Origin: Catajapyx aquilonaris | Lineage: Eukaryota | Assembly (NCBI GenBank): GCA_000934665.2 | Contig: JYFJ02002787.1 | Coordinates: forward strand, 1-51,332 | Direction of reading: 5' to 3' | DNA length: 51,332 nt | Shown here: positions 25,780 through 39,081 of the stretch, piece after piece | Layout of the letters: each line of letters begins with the position of its first letter | How positions within the stretch are numbered: position 1 is the stretch's first letter | Notes under the pieces: model-generated | What the model saw: the letters and a program-made list of their open reading frames with translations, nothing else | Told to the model about the DNA's origin: nothing | Databases searched by the model: none | Made by a program: the position numbers and the translations under genes

Positions 25780-27155
25780 CACTTAGGGAATAATTTTGGC
25801 CTTCTTTTCACATTATCTTGCTGATAATTGAGTTATTTATAAAGTTTGTAGCAATTTTTCTTGGAAGTATGTTCTTATCGGGTTACGTTTTATCGCTGCG
25901 CCTGCAAAAAGGTCAGACTCCAAATTTAGATTCAATGGATTAATTTAAAAAATCATTATAAATTAAGGACTAGTAGGGGGCATTGAGATTTTGCATGTCG
26001 ACAATGAGAGAAGAGAGGAACAGAATTTGTCAAAAGCCGTTTCTCCGTGCAGTAAAGTAAAGGCTGTCCAGTAGATATTTAGCTGGTTGTGGGAAATGGA
26101 AGTTTTGTCAAGAGATGGCGTGTATGCGGGGAATGGATGACGGCTTGCAAGTTTGTAGTCAGTCGTGCGACATCCTCGTGCAAGGCTAGTCTAATAAATG
26201 GCTTTGCTGGCTGCAGGACCTCAACCTGAGGTAACCTCACGTGGCCACAGGTTTGACCTGTAGGAAGGTCACAAAGTCCACTCCTGCATAGATGATACGT
26301 AGATCTATCATGAATTAAGTCACAGCAAGATTGAAAACAAGTTACTAACGGATAGCATTTGCTCCATTACTGTCCTATTCATTAGTGATTAGTGCATCAG
26401 TCAGCTCAGAGTTAACTTTCCTTGCAGGATACATTTTTCTTGCCAAACAACTCAAGTTATCAGAGTGACACCTAGGTCACCAGGTGATAAGATAATGACG
26501 AGAAGAATTTGCTTCGTTCATTTCATCCAGCTGCATGATAGTACATCACTGCTGGTGAGTGTTATGTATAGCATAGCAAGGATTATTTCATGACTTAAAC
26601 GGCAGTGTAAGTGAAGTAGTTTTATTTGCTGCGATTTGACAGGAACCGATATGGGACGTGACGGTTAAATTTTAGTGCCAATATTTAAGTGCCGTACATA
26701 ATTTTTAAGTATCGTATTTCTCTTGTCCAGAATTATTTTCCACAGAGGTTGTTTTCTTTTTCACTCAATTAACTGCCTATAGATTAAGGGTGACAAATTA
26801 ATTTGACGTGAATGATTTAATTACTGTAATACGTGACTTGGCTGAATGTTTCCATTGACGTGGAAGGCAGTTTTTTCAACATAGTTTATGCACTACCTAT
26901 ATGGACCTCTAATCATGGAATTTATTAAAGCTTTAGCATTATAAGTTGTCAATTAGTTATGTGTACACTATTGTAATTATATCATTAGAATGTAGTCTTG
27001 TAATGTTTAATGTTTTTGGTCGGTAAAAAATGTACTTTCTCTGCAACTGCAAACATACTCGTAATACTGATGTCAGTGTTTGTACAACATAATGTTCAGA
27101 TTCCAGGAAAATGGTTGCGTGATAAATATGCAGAAACTAGCTGCCTGTAGTGAAA

Positions 27156-30100
27156 ATGGCCCACATACTCAAAGCAGCGGAAAATGGACATTCAGATATT
27201 TTGGAAACGATCCTTAAATGCGGCGGAAATGTGGAAGCCAGGAACCACATGGGTGCCACACCATTAATGTTGGCAGCCAAAGGTGGCCATTTGATGGCCG
27301 TTTCGATGCTTCTGAAACACAAAGCCGACATCAACGTTAAAGACCAAGACGGTCGCACCGCATTGTCCTTCGCATCCGAAGGTGGGTATGTCCAAATATG
27401 CGATGACCTCCTGGGTCTCGGCGCCGAAGTGAACCTAGTTGACAACGAGGCCAACAGTCCTCTTCACTATGCGGCGGCCAAAGGACGCCTGCAGATTGTC
27501 AAGCTGCTCTTTGTTCGAGGTGCAGATGCCGACAGGCCCAACGAAAATTCAAAGACACCCACGATTTTGGCCACTGAAAATAACCATGTTGAAACTGTCA
27601 ATTATTTAATGCCCATCATCACGAAGCCAGAGGCAGAAGTAACTAGCCCTTTACCAGCACCTGCATTGTTCCCGCCCAGAGAAAATGAAGTGTTAAACAT
27701 ACTACCTGATGATAAAGTAAGTGTCACGATTTTCATTCAGGAGTGTTTAACTTTGTATGCCACTCGTAATATTGGTGTGTTAAAAGTGTGGTGACGTCTT
27801 ACCTGGACCGTATGTCAGAAGCGAACACGCTAACCCGGAACTACGTGATGTTTCACTGCAACGTCCAACCAAAAGACACGAAAAAGTCAATCAGGAAGAT
27901 CTCTCGGAACCAGCAGGTATGACCGCATTTTCAGTTTTCTATTCTCCAAACGCTTTACTCTGGTGTCTAATATCAGCACATAATGTTCAGTCCAAAAGCC
28001 GGACCAGGCCACTGCAGATGGAGACAAACATCGAAGAAAATCAAAGGTCCCCAAAAAACCAAGGTCTCCTTCAAGTCCAAGCAAGAAGGAAATGTTTGCT
28101 GCAGGAATGATGGGACTAATTAACGCTTTTGCTTCGTTGGAGCCAGTTGATCCAAATAAGCCTCTTCAGTGTGATGGCAGAAAGGACGGAGAAGACCAAG
28201 TTTCTCCTCATATATCCAAAATTGTAAGATTTCACACGGATAATTTTTACGAATTACCTGTCAGTTTTATAACATCTTGAGATTTTGGGCTGTATTCATG
28301 AATTTTACGTCTTTCTACAAGGTCACTATACCAGACGCTGAGCTGACCCGTCAGCTTCATGATGCCATCGAGAGCAACGATGAACAGAAAGTGATTAGTT
28401 TATTGCACCAAGGAGCTCAGATAAATGCAAATGACGAATCGGGCAACAGTCCACTGTTTAATGCTGTTTACTATAAGAATCCGGAAATAGTCAACATTCT
28501 TCTGAAAAGTGGGGGTGATGTCAACTTTAGAGGACATGATGGTAACACTCCTGTTCACATTGCCGCCCACCAGAAAACCCAGGAAATTCTGGACGCTCTT
28601 TTAGCTGTTGATGGGGTTCAACTGGACGTATTCAACAAGTTTGGAGAATCGCCGAGGGATCTATTGAAAAAGGCGGGGTATGGTGATCTGTAGCAGAAAA
28701 AGAGGTTGTAAGTTGAGACATATATTGAAAAACATTGTGGAGGCCATGTTGGGTATATTCATCCAATAATACCTACTGTATGATTTATAAGAAAAATTTC
28801 AAAATATTTTGGGGAGTAGTTAAAAAATATTTCAAGTCTTATTACCTGCCAAGAACTACAGAAATGTAAGAATAGTGAATGCAGATCATACTAAAATAAA
28901 AACGTACGACATAATAGCTGATATGAACTCAGTGTCTTATTTAACAGGATGAAGGACAAACGAAGAGAATCCATGAAGAAAATAATTGAAAGAGGTAAGA
29001 GAAATCATAGAATGAGGAAAAAATGGGACTGTATTTCTCAGCTTGTGTGTTATCTCTCGATTACAGTTTGCATCAATACATCATTTTTATTTCTAGGATG
29101 GAGGCAATATTGGGGAGTGACAGCCAATGACTCTGAGAAAGGTTTAAAAAATGACACGGTAAAGAATACCGAGAATGGCTTTTCTGTTCCCGCTGAAGAA
29201 ATAGGAAATGTTCAAAAGGTAGAAATAATAACTCAAAGTACATCGTGGTGTATTATTTAAAACGTTCACATTTCATTCTCTTGTATTAAAAAAACTAATG
29301 TCAATGAAATTTTTCTTAGGAAGTTCCGGGCATATCCGAAGAACCAGCCAAAGATATTATTCAAAAAACTGAGAATGATGTAAATATACAAACTTCACGT
29401 GAAGCTTCAAAAAAAGAAGAGGCAAGAATTTATATCAGATTTAATGATACTTTTTTACAATCTGTTTTGTAGTTTAAGCCATTTTTACTGTAGTTTAGTA
29501 ATATTCATTTAATTTCACAATAATCCAGTTTAGATGCATTTCGGCTCTTATATTGTGCTGTTTCACCCACAGGGTACGATGGAAACGAGCAAGAAACAAA
29601 GACCCGTTATTTTTTCAAGAAGCTTTTTTCGCAAAAAGGTAGCCGCATATTTAGGAGTCCTGGTTCTCACCACCGCAATACTCATTGGGCTCTTATATCC
29701 ACCATGGAGTTTTAAAACTGTGAGTACACAACATGTAGACTAATGTCAATGGCATTATTTAATAACGCCCGGATTATACAGTTTTTCCTCGTTTCATTTA
29801 ATATTTTTTCTGCTATTTTTTCTGATATTCGTCCTGCAGGATGACACTGAAAATCGCCAGGAAATGAGCACTGATAATATGGATGATCGTCTCCATGAAG
29901 CTGCATTGAGCGACAACATCACGTTGATCATCTCACTACTGGAGCAAGGAGTTGGGATAGATTCGAAGGACGAGAACTGCAACACCCCGTTACACTACGC
30001 TGTCGACGAACAGAACATGGCCATAGTCAACCTGCTTCTAAGCAAAGGAGCCGATGTGAATGCTCAAGGACTTGATGATAACACTCCCTTGCATATCGCT

Positions 30101-30244
30101 GCATTTGAAGGAAGTGAACAAATACTAGCAGCTCTTCTGGCAAAAGGCGCCAGTTTGGAAATGCGAAATAAGTATGGAAAATCGCCAGTGGATTTAGCAC
30201 AGGAGGCCGGGCACCCAGAATTACTACCTGCAATGGCCGGTTAA
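27156..30244 (+). CDS. Ankyrin-repeat protein with internal transmembrane helix (ANK5-linker-ANK-linker-TM-ANK, ~700 aa), or two adjacent genes (27156-28693 and 28949-30244)
   Basis: Phase-consistent exons 27156-27716, 27787-27916, 27991-28223, 28322-28677, 28948-28994, 29097-29218, 29320-29421, 29573-29719 and 29840-30244. Three TPLH-type ankyrin blocks. Hydrophobic VAAYLGVLVLTTAILIGLLY follows RKK. An in-frame stop at 28693 is reached if the 28678 donor is not used. Confidence 0.7.
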
Positions 30245-31137
30245 TTTGTAATTAAAATGCATGACACATGTCGCCAAAAACAAATTGTCAATTATTTGGG
30301 GTGAACAACTAAGGAATTTCTTACCTTGTACAGGGTTATCCAGGCGTTCAAATAATTGGACTCATCCAACAACATTTAATATTCATATACAAGTACAGTA
30401 CCTTGTTATTTAGTAATAACTGTATGGACCTATCCTATGGCATGAACAGGGCATGAACTAATTTTTACCTGTATTTCACGAATAATAATGGCCTTGATAA
30501 TTAAATCTAATATTTGGAGATATCAGAACTTGACTCACACCATTAAAAGAGTTCCATAAATATTACCGGGTACACACCACAACGAATAAAAACACTTGAA
30601 CGCGTCTGATAATCTTATCAAGCAAGACCGACGATCCATGCCGTGGATTTACAGAGAAAGCGATAACGACTAAAAGGTCTGGGGCCAGTGGTATTTGCCA
30701 GTTTGCTGTGACGTAGACCATTTCCATTATAGAAGGGTAAGTGTCAACATTATTAGACCTCCGTATATACACATATGACTATTAATTAGAGAACCTAATG
30801 AAATTTGGAATTTTGCCTTTGAAATAATGCTGTTATCGCAGCCAAGATGATTGTCACAAACGTCTATCTTAGGCTGGTAGACTAGGCCTATTTTAATTTG
30901 AGGGCAGATATAGAATGCCTCTTCCCGAGTTGAGACTCCCAAACACATTCATAGAGTGTTCCATGAACCTGTAAGTGTATCTTATTATTTTTGTAAAATA
31001 CCATGTCCTTATCTTCATACGTGTAAGCCAATCTAGGCGATGGCTGGTAGCGAAGGGGTTAATGATCAAGGAGTGGTGGTCAATAGTGCTCTCTCAGTTA
31101 CCAGCATTTATTTTCTAGCCTTCCATAGTGCAAAAAC

Positions 31138-33304
31138 ATGAACAAGCAGGACCTAGGAGAATCCCTGCACATAGCTTCTGAAAAAGGCGACTTCCATATG
31201 TTGAGGGAGATTGTGAGCAAAGGAGCAGACGTGAACTACCGAAACTCACGAGCCGTCACTCCCTTGATGGTGGCATCCGGAAAAGGGTACTACGAAGCAT
31301 GCAGGACATTACTGGACCTGGGAGCAGATGCCAACGCCCAAGACGGTGAAGGTCGAACACCCTTATCTGAGGCCGCCAAGGGAGGGTGGCGGACCGTTTG
31401 CGAACTGCTGATCAAAGAAAACGCGCGAGTGGACGAGAGCGACAAAGACTCCAACATGGCCATTCATCACGCTGCCAGCAACGGACACCTGCAAACTGTG
31501 CGTTTGCTCGCAGAGCATGGGCTAGTCGCAATCAAGAACAAGTTTGGAGCTACTCCTTTTAAGCTGGCCATTCAAAACGAGCACAGTCAGACAGCGAGCT
31601 TTCTCCTGGAGTTTGTGCCTATAGCAGCGTAAGTATCGCTTATAGACATATGTGAATGCTAGATTCACACTTGACATCCTGTCTTTCTTTATGAAGATCG
31701 CCAACACCAGCCGAACCTGAGAATCACCATTATGACCAGACTTTCAAGCACGTGAGGATACTGGGACAAGGGGGATTTGGCATTGTCTTTGAGGCAGAAC
31801 ACAAGGACACCAAAACCAGATACGCCATCAAGAGGATACGAAGAGACCCAACCTCCAAATCAGACATCAGCATGGAAGTTAAGGCTCTGACCAGGCTGCG
31901 ACACCCAAACATCATTGTGCATTATGACTCGTGGGAAGAAAATCCGTCACCAGAGTGGCAGGACAACTGGGACCTCACGCACCTTTCTTCTGGAAATAAT
32001 CATACACCGGTCCTATCTCAAGCATGCCTTACAAGCACTAGAACATACTTGTACATACAGATGGAATTGTGCAGGGAAAACACGCTGGAAACGTATTTTG
32101 AAGAACACGTGCGTTCAGTGAATCAGGAAGAATTTATTTCAATTTTCCGGCAGATATTGTCTGGGGTGAAATATATCCATAACCAAGGATACATTCACAG
32201 GGATCTCAAACCGGCCAACATATATTTCTCTCCAGATGGTTGCATCAAACTGGGAGACTTTGGATTGGCAAAGCAGATTGCAGGGTTTTCAACTTCAGTT
32301 TCTGCTCTTAGTTACACAAAAGGGGCAGGGACCTATTTGTATATGAGTCCAGAGCAGATGTTCTCAAAATGTTACGATTTCAAGACCGACGTGTTCACAT
32401 TGGGAGTATTGTTTTGCCAGGGGTTGGTGTCCTGTTCAAGTACTGAAGAGTCTCAATTGTTGCTTGATATTTTAAGAGCGGAGAAGATTCCAGCAGAATT
32501 CAGGAACCAGAATCCACCAGCTAGGCAACAGTTATTGTCACTTATGGTGAGGCGAGATCATACTCAACGCCCTACAGCAGAAGAAATCGAGAAAGAACTT
32601 GACTCCATTGTGCAGGCCGCTGAGAGGTAGAGTACTGTTCAGCAAACAACTACCTAGCATTTTTCTCATTTGCATGTGAAGAAAAGTGACTATAAGATAT
32701 ATAAAATGGTGGACCTTCACTGCCTGAAGGGGTTTTCTCAGCCGTAAACTTTATTTCTTTCATTCAATAACATGAGTCAATAATTTTTCATTCTTTTTAG
32801 CAAAGCCTCATCACCAGTAAACAATTCGGGCGACATTGAGAAGGTGAGTTACAACTTCTAAATTAAAATTTAATAATTTCATTTGCGCTTCTTATCTAGC
32901 TTAGTGACGTGCGTCTTGAGGATCCCAAGAGTGATGCAGTCGATCAGCAAAACACCACTGATCAAGTGGGCGTCGCTCCGGATATTTTACATGTACAGTC
33001 AGTTCCAGTGCAAGATCTTCAAGTTTCCGATAATGTCAAGGATAAAGATTCGGAAAATACTGTCGAGACCAAAATCGAAGGTTCTGTCGCAGAACCGACT
33101 TCAGCCCAGGTCGAATCTGTTGGGCACGAAGAAGCAGGCAACCAGCAAATTCCAAAAGATGATGTCACTATCCAAGACTCCGTGGCAGCACCTGTTGTCG
33201 CACAAGCCGAACATGTTGTGAAGAAAAAACTACCGGAAATAGTCGGCAATGAGTTAAAGAGATTGGAGAGGGATGCGAAGAAAGTTTGGAAGAAATGGCG
33301 ATAA
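31138..33304 (+). CDS. Ankyrin-repeat / eIF2alpha-kinase (PERK/PKR-like) fusion protein, 4 exons, ~622 aa
   Basis: Exons 31138-31628 (5 ANK), 31697-32626 (kinase: LGQGGFG, YAIKRI, WEENPSPEWQ, LYIQMELC, HRDLKPAN, DFG, GTYLYMSPEQ), 32801-32843 and 32900-33304 (acidic tail, basic end). The 68-nt phase-2 GT-AG intron joins ANK to kinase in frame. Confidence 0.85.
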
Positions 33305-35365
33305 TTAAATAATATTATTAGAGTGGTCGGTAAGTCATGAACGTTAATGTGAAAGTGAAGTAAGAATATACGGCACATTCCCATATTCAGGAATGATTAC
33401 ACTGTCAGAGTGTATACAGAGTGTTTCTCTGTTTACTTTGATCTATACAGATCCTCCTCCACTGTGAATATATTTATTTTCAGAATTTTGCCTCCGAGGT
33501 ACAGTACATTATGGCTGAAGGTTACTTACAGTCTACACAGTGATGTTTTCGTGGAAGTCAAACACTGTCTTGTAATATCCAATCACCAGAGTTCACCCCG
33601 AAATATATAAATGCAGTGCTTGCATTTATGTCACGGTTGCCTATAAATATCGAGCCCTATAATTACGGTACTTGTAAGCATTTTCCAGAGGAAGGCTCTG
33701 GGCCCTTCCTCAGGGCTTCAAGGTGTGACTTCATCAGTAATTACACAAAGTACATGTATGCCAAACCCTCACTCACAAACACCATTGTGAAACAGAAAGA
33801 AGCATTCTACTAATATCTAAATTACTAAATATCAAGTGCAAACCAATGCAGCCCAAAGAAAATTTATGTATGGGTGAGTCTTTGACGGCAACAAATGGCA
33901 CGATGTACCAATGTTTAAACTAAGCATGTATGTGGCTGAGAACCAGTGTCGGTGGTCACATACAGGGTTAGGCATGTGACCACCAGCATGGCTAGAATCC
34001 CTTCCAGGTGTCAAAATCCAAGTTTCCAAGTCTTGGGTCTCCAGAATAAGAAATAAAAAAATTAATCGAATGCGATTAGGTTGAAAATCTATATGCCATT
34101 GACAGTGGATATATTCATACTCAAGGTTGCTAGAAAAAAACTCCCAAGACATGTGGGTAATATATTCTGGCATTCCTAGTGATAGCATTTAATAAGGAGC
34201 CACCCGTGGAGCCACCATTATGACATTGACTTTTAAAAATTAATCGTGTTTGCTGAAACCAATGTAATAGTCAGTACATGTTAACATAAATCTCATTTAA
34301 ATTTTAAATTTTCTTGGCTGCACATTAGAGCATCTCTGATCTGCGATGAGTGGTTATAACAAAACTTGAGAAAAAAATTCTGTAATTATTTTGTATGCAT
34401 CCACCCTTCTGTGTGCCATTCTGAGCACACCACTCCAGCGTCAAATTAATTTCGTGTATCTAAAACTTCGGAGGGGGTGTACAGGGGGGGATGTTAGCAG
34501 TTTTCAATTTTAGCTAAATATGATTTATTTTGTTCAGAACCATGTGTTCCATATTTTGGACGGGGGTACCGATGATAGGTTCGAATTTTTAATATAACAT
34601 CCCCCCTACAGTTTGAGCCTAACATATACAAGCCTCTAAATGCTTTACATAAATGCATGAAACACATGATGAACTTCCTCGGGAAAGTGTTTGAGAGTGT
34701 GGAATCCCGCTCAGAGGAGCTGTGGCGCTACCAGATGGCCCTACTGCTGGAAGAGTTTGATTCGTGCCCTTTGCTCCTTTGTCTCCTGTGTGCCTCCCAT
34801 CCAGACTGGTGTTGTCCTCTTGGCGACGCTTGATTCCTCACCACGACCAAAAAATCTGGACACCCTGCCTCCCACAGCTCAACAAAGCTTGCGTGCTTTG
34901 GACATGACTGTGCCTATGCCCTCAGTACCAAGACCGCTCCTGCACTATCTCACAGTCAACTGGACCAAATGCAGGCACACCTGAACTGTATAGCTGCTAC
35001 TGTTGAAGCCAAAGCAGTAGACCCTGGGACTGAAACTCAATCGGAGTTCTGATGGAAGAGGTGAGAGAATTGAGGGAGGCTGTACAAATGATGGAAACTG
35101 CGGGTCAGCCAGACTAAGTTTTATTAAATTGGCTTGCTAATACATACAGTACTTGTTCATCTACTTTGTGTATACAAATCCCCACTTTCAGAACCACCAG
35201 GCTCAGTCAAAAAGACATTGGTTTGTATAAACTGGCGACAATGTGTTTAAACTAGTAATAACGATTTAACTACACATACTGATTCATTCAGTTCATTAGG
35301 GAAGGAATGTGATGTCATATTAACTCGACACCAGGCATGTTTCCTGCTTGCCTTACTCCGCAGTC

Positions 35366-35631
35366 CTACGAGGCATACTACTTTATAATTGATATTTAAG
35401 GAGGTTGGCCCAGCATTTGCCATTCAACCTCCAAGGATAGGGAAGGAAGGAGCGGCTGTGGCCTATTATACGGAAGCGACCCCGGAATTATCCTAGAAAG
35501 ACAGTGGAAAACCACAGAAAACCACGGTCAAGGTTGCCGGCCCCGGGATTCGAACCCAGGACCTCCCGATTAGCAGTCGGACGCCTTATCCACTATGCCA
35601 ACCTACTTCGGTAATTGCTACGAGGCATACT
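35366..35631. mobile_element. SINE / truncated non-LTR retroelement insertion with 14-bp target-site duplication
   Basis: ctacgaggcatact at 35366-35379 and 35618-35631 flanks ~238 bp containing the tRNA-like gggattcgaacccaggacctccc (B box on the - strand). Confidence 0.8.
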
Positions 35632-36899
35632 GTAAAATGTTATGTAGCCTACTTGGATAATCAGAATTTCACTAATTTTCCAAGGGGTTTACTTTATGGT
35701 TCGATTACTAGAAATTATTACTCAAAATGGGAGCGAGCCATTTGGCATTTGATACCATTTCACATATCAATCTAAAAAAATACATCGTCGCATTACATTC
35801 ATACCGATTCACACCCTTTTTACTATGAAAATTCATATAAATCATATTGCAAAAAAACTGACACAATTAGTCAAGAAATTCGCCTGATTAAGAGGCCAAC
35901 AATTCTTATTTCTAATAAAATCACTCTTTTTCATCATAACAGAGGCTTCTGTCACATCCTTTATATGCAGATCTATAGGAATGCATATTATAAATCATAT
36001 CAACCGTGAAGTATCCCCTATTTAAATAATTTTTGTCATCATCTTCATAAGTGCAAAAAATATGCCTTGCAAAATCGTATTCTAAATTTTAACTCCACAA
36101 CAATTCTTTATATTTGAGGGCAAGAACTAGATGGCTTCTCATAATTATAAAAATATAAGTGACACCACCAAAATCTCAATTGCGACATCATTGATATCAA
36201 CCATGCTTACTTTCTTGGCTATTTCTAATACTCGTTAATAAAGATTACATAAGGTATAATAGGAGCATCAGAACTTTGTACTTTCATCATTGTAGATGGT
36301 AAGCAGTGATGGTAGGAACGTCCTAGGACGTCCGTCCAGCTGGCACCGCCATCTTGGAAATCCGATGTCACGCCCATGTCACTAATTACTGCTTGATTAG
36401 TGCTCATTTGTGCTTCCAGTTTCGGAATTTGTGCTCAACTATTTCCGGCCAAAAATCACTTTTCAATGTGGCTGCGCCAGATTCCTTGTTTGAAGTAGCC
36501 GGGCAGTAGCCATGGCCCTGGGGATTCCCCTCTGAATATACTTCTCTAATATCATTGGTCGGAAGGGATTTTTTCGGAAGCGAATGCACACAAAGCCAAA
36601 TATTCCATTCTTCAAGAAGTACTGTACAAAACAGTACCGTATGCTTGAATACCCTTGATTTATCTGTATAACTTGCTGTCATGAACGACAATGTGGACAT
36701 TTCCGAGCAACAATGACCAGGGCAGAAAAGGGCCGTTTCTCCATGACTTTAGGAGCCTGGCATAATTTTCATGCAATAGATAAAACAAGTAGTAGCCTAC
36801 CACATGTGCCACTCATACTGCACTTTCATATGCGAAGTATCAAAGTTCCGGCTAAAATGGACAATAATCAATTTTTTTCGCATGTATTTCTCGTTTTGG

Positions 36900-37185
36900 A
36901 CCGTTAAACTGGCCCAACCGCTTTCGAATTTCGAAATTTGAACGATGGCAATAGTTTGTGATGCGTTTGTGCTGATTTGTGCTCGAATATGGGCGTTTGT
37001 GCTGGTTTAGTTTCAGAGTTATCGAGATTTCAATTTCGTTGGGCCAGTTTAACGGTAGCCCAACCACTTTCCAATTTCAAAATTTCAACTGGGCCAATCG
37101 TTTGTGCCCTGTTTGTGCTCATTTGTGCTCGACTATGGCCGTTTGTGCTGCTTCGGTTTCAAAGCTATCGCGATTTCAATTATGG
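36900..37185. repeat. Diverged tandem and inverted repeats (gtttgtgct units), probable DNA-transposon/MITE remnant
   Basis: ~36954-37034 is repeated at ~37100-37180, with inverted aactggcccaac / gttgggccagtt motifs. Confidence 0.55.
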
Positions 37186-39081
37186 CGTTACTTATATTCA
37201 GTAAGCAGATACTAAAACAGCAGCTTATTAGCTGTAAGTGTCAATTTCCGGTATAAAATTGCAAATAGATCGTTAAAATGGAATTCACACATGACACATG
37301 AGTAAATTGCATGTAATAATAATAATAATAATAATCGGCCCCCTCAAGAAATATCTGAAAGGTCAAAGCGTGGCAAAGGTTTGCATCGGACGCCGAGATG
37401 CAGAACCTCGTGACAATAAACTGGTTGCTCGATCATAATTTATTTACCAAAATGTTGGGTCAATTTTATGAACCCAAATTTTTGATAAATATGTCTACCC
37501 TGTTTGGGTTATTCTGGTGACCCAATAATAAAGTCAGAATGTTGTGACTGAATTATTGGGTCATATTATTGGGTCACCATCTGATCAACACTAGTGAACC
37601 AGTTCTAATGATGCAATGAGAAACAAATTTTTGGGTCGCTTTGTTGAGTCACTGCTGATAGAGTAAAACAAAGGAGTAAAATATCAGAATTCTGCAATCA
37701 TCACGACAGTTTCTTTTATTTTTCTAGTAATCAAAAATGTTACAGGTTTAGCAACTACAGTCCACATACAGCAGGTTCATTCCCCCCCCCCCCAAAAAAA
37801 AAACACATAATTCCATAACCACATAATATTTTAAAATACAGTTGAGAATTCTTTATTCCAAAATCCGAAAGCTATATTGTTCCCAAGGATTACCAACTGT
37901 CATAACACTCATAACTAAGTTATACAGAAGTAATCCGAGAATTATGATTTAGAATATTGCTGTATACATGACATATGGACAGCCATATTTTTGATCAAGA
38001 TCATAACAAATTGAGCGAGCAGTCAACGAATTCAATATTATTTTGCTAAGGCGGCATGGAATCACGACTAATTGGTAACCTTGATTGCGAACATTGAACT
38101 AGCACATAGTTTGGCTGCATTGTGCCGCTGTTTCCACACGGATTTCAGCCAGGAATCTCATTATTACGCTCTTTCCCAGTAAATGACTGCATATCAGTTA
38201 TTTAATATTCCGCTTAATTATGTGACTGTTAGAGTATCCCATATTTCTCCCATAATTGTGCAGATCCAATACCACTTTATGGTCACTCAATCCCCATTCA
38301 TGAATTCTTTTTTATTTTTATTTTTCCCCTGATTTTACAACAGACTCACCACATCCCCCATACCCCCCTCTGCTGGAGTCCGCTACTTTCTCTACATATA
38401 ATCTGTTCTCTACACAGTCTTAAAAGGCGCAAACTATTTTGTCTGCAATACAATATACTATATGCTTTCTTACTGACCTTTCGAAGTCATCCAAATGGGT
38501 GGTGAGGGCAGGCGAGTCTGGCGGGGGTTGAGTGCGGCCGTGCGGAGGGAGGAAAAACCCGAGAAAACTACCATCCCTGTCATCGGTTGAGTCAGAAGTT
38601 GTTGCAAATTTTCCACTTCCTTCCCACCTTTCATCTTTATTTATTTTTATTTTTATTTTTATTTTTTATTAGGTGCCATTCTGGCAACAGTTTCGGACAG
38701 AGATGAATACATAATCGGTTTTCCCTCCCTCCACGCCCAAAGCGCCCCGCCTGACTAATCTGCTCTCCCCACACACTTGGACGAATGCGAAAAGTCCACA
38801 ATAAAGTGAACAGACAATAATATTTTCTATTTGCAAAATTGAGTGTTAAAATTACATTGGCGTACCTTTGAGTTGTTTCTGCACTTGTTTTGTTCATACA
38901 AAACCTATATGGGACGATTGAAAAAAATATGTTCGCATGTCTTTCGCATCCTCACAATGGTGTTTCTCTCAACATTACCAATCTAAATCCGCATCAAGGG
39001 CACCCCCGAGCAGTTCATAATAAGGAAACATTGCAGATGACATGGTGGATCCAGATAACCTGATAGTCTTGAGCACCAAAA

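Noticed and set aside
25536..25824. Poly-L and poly-S ORFs
   Set aside because: Artefacts of a (CTA)n microsatellite.
34691..35100. GC-richer coding-like stretch
   Set aside because: No domain or splice-consistent model; probably decayed retroelement sequence.
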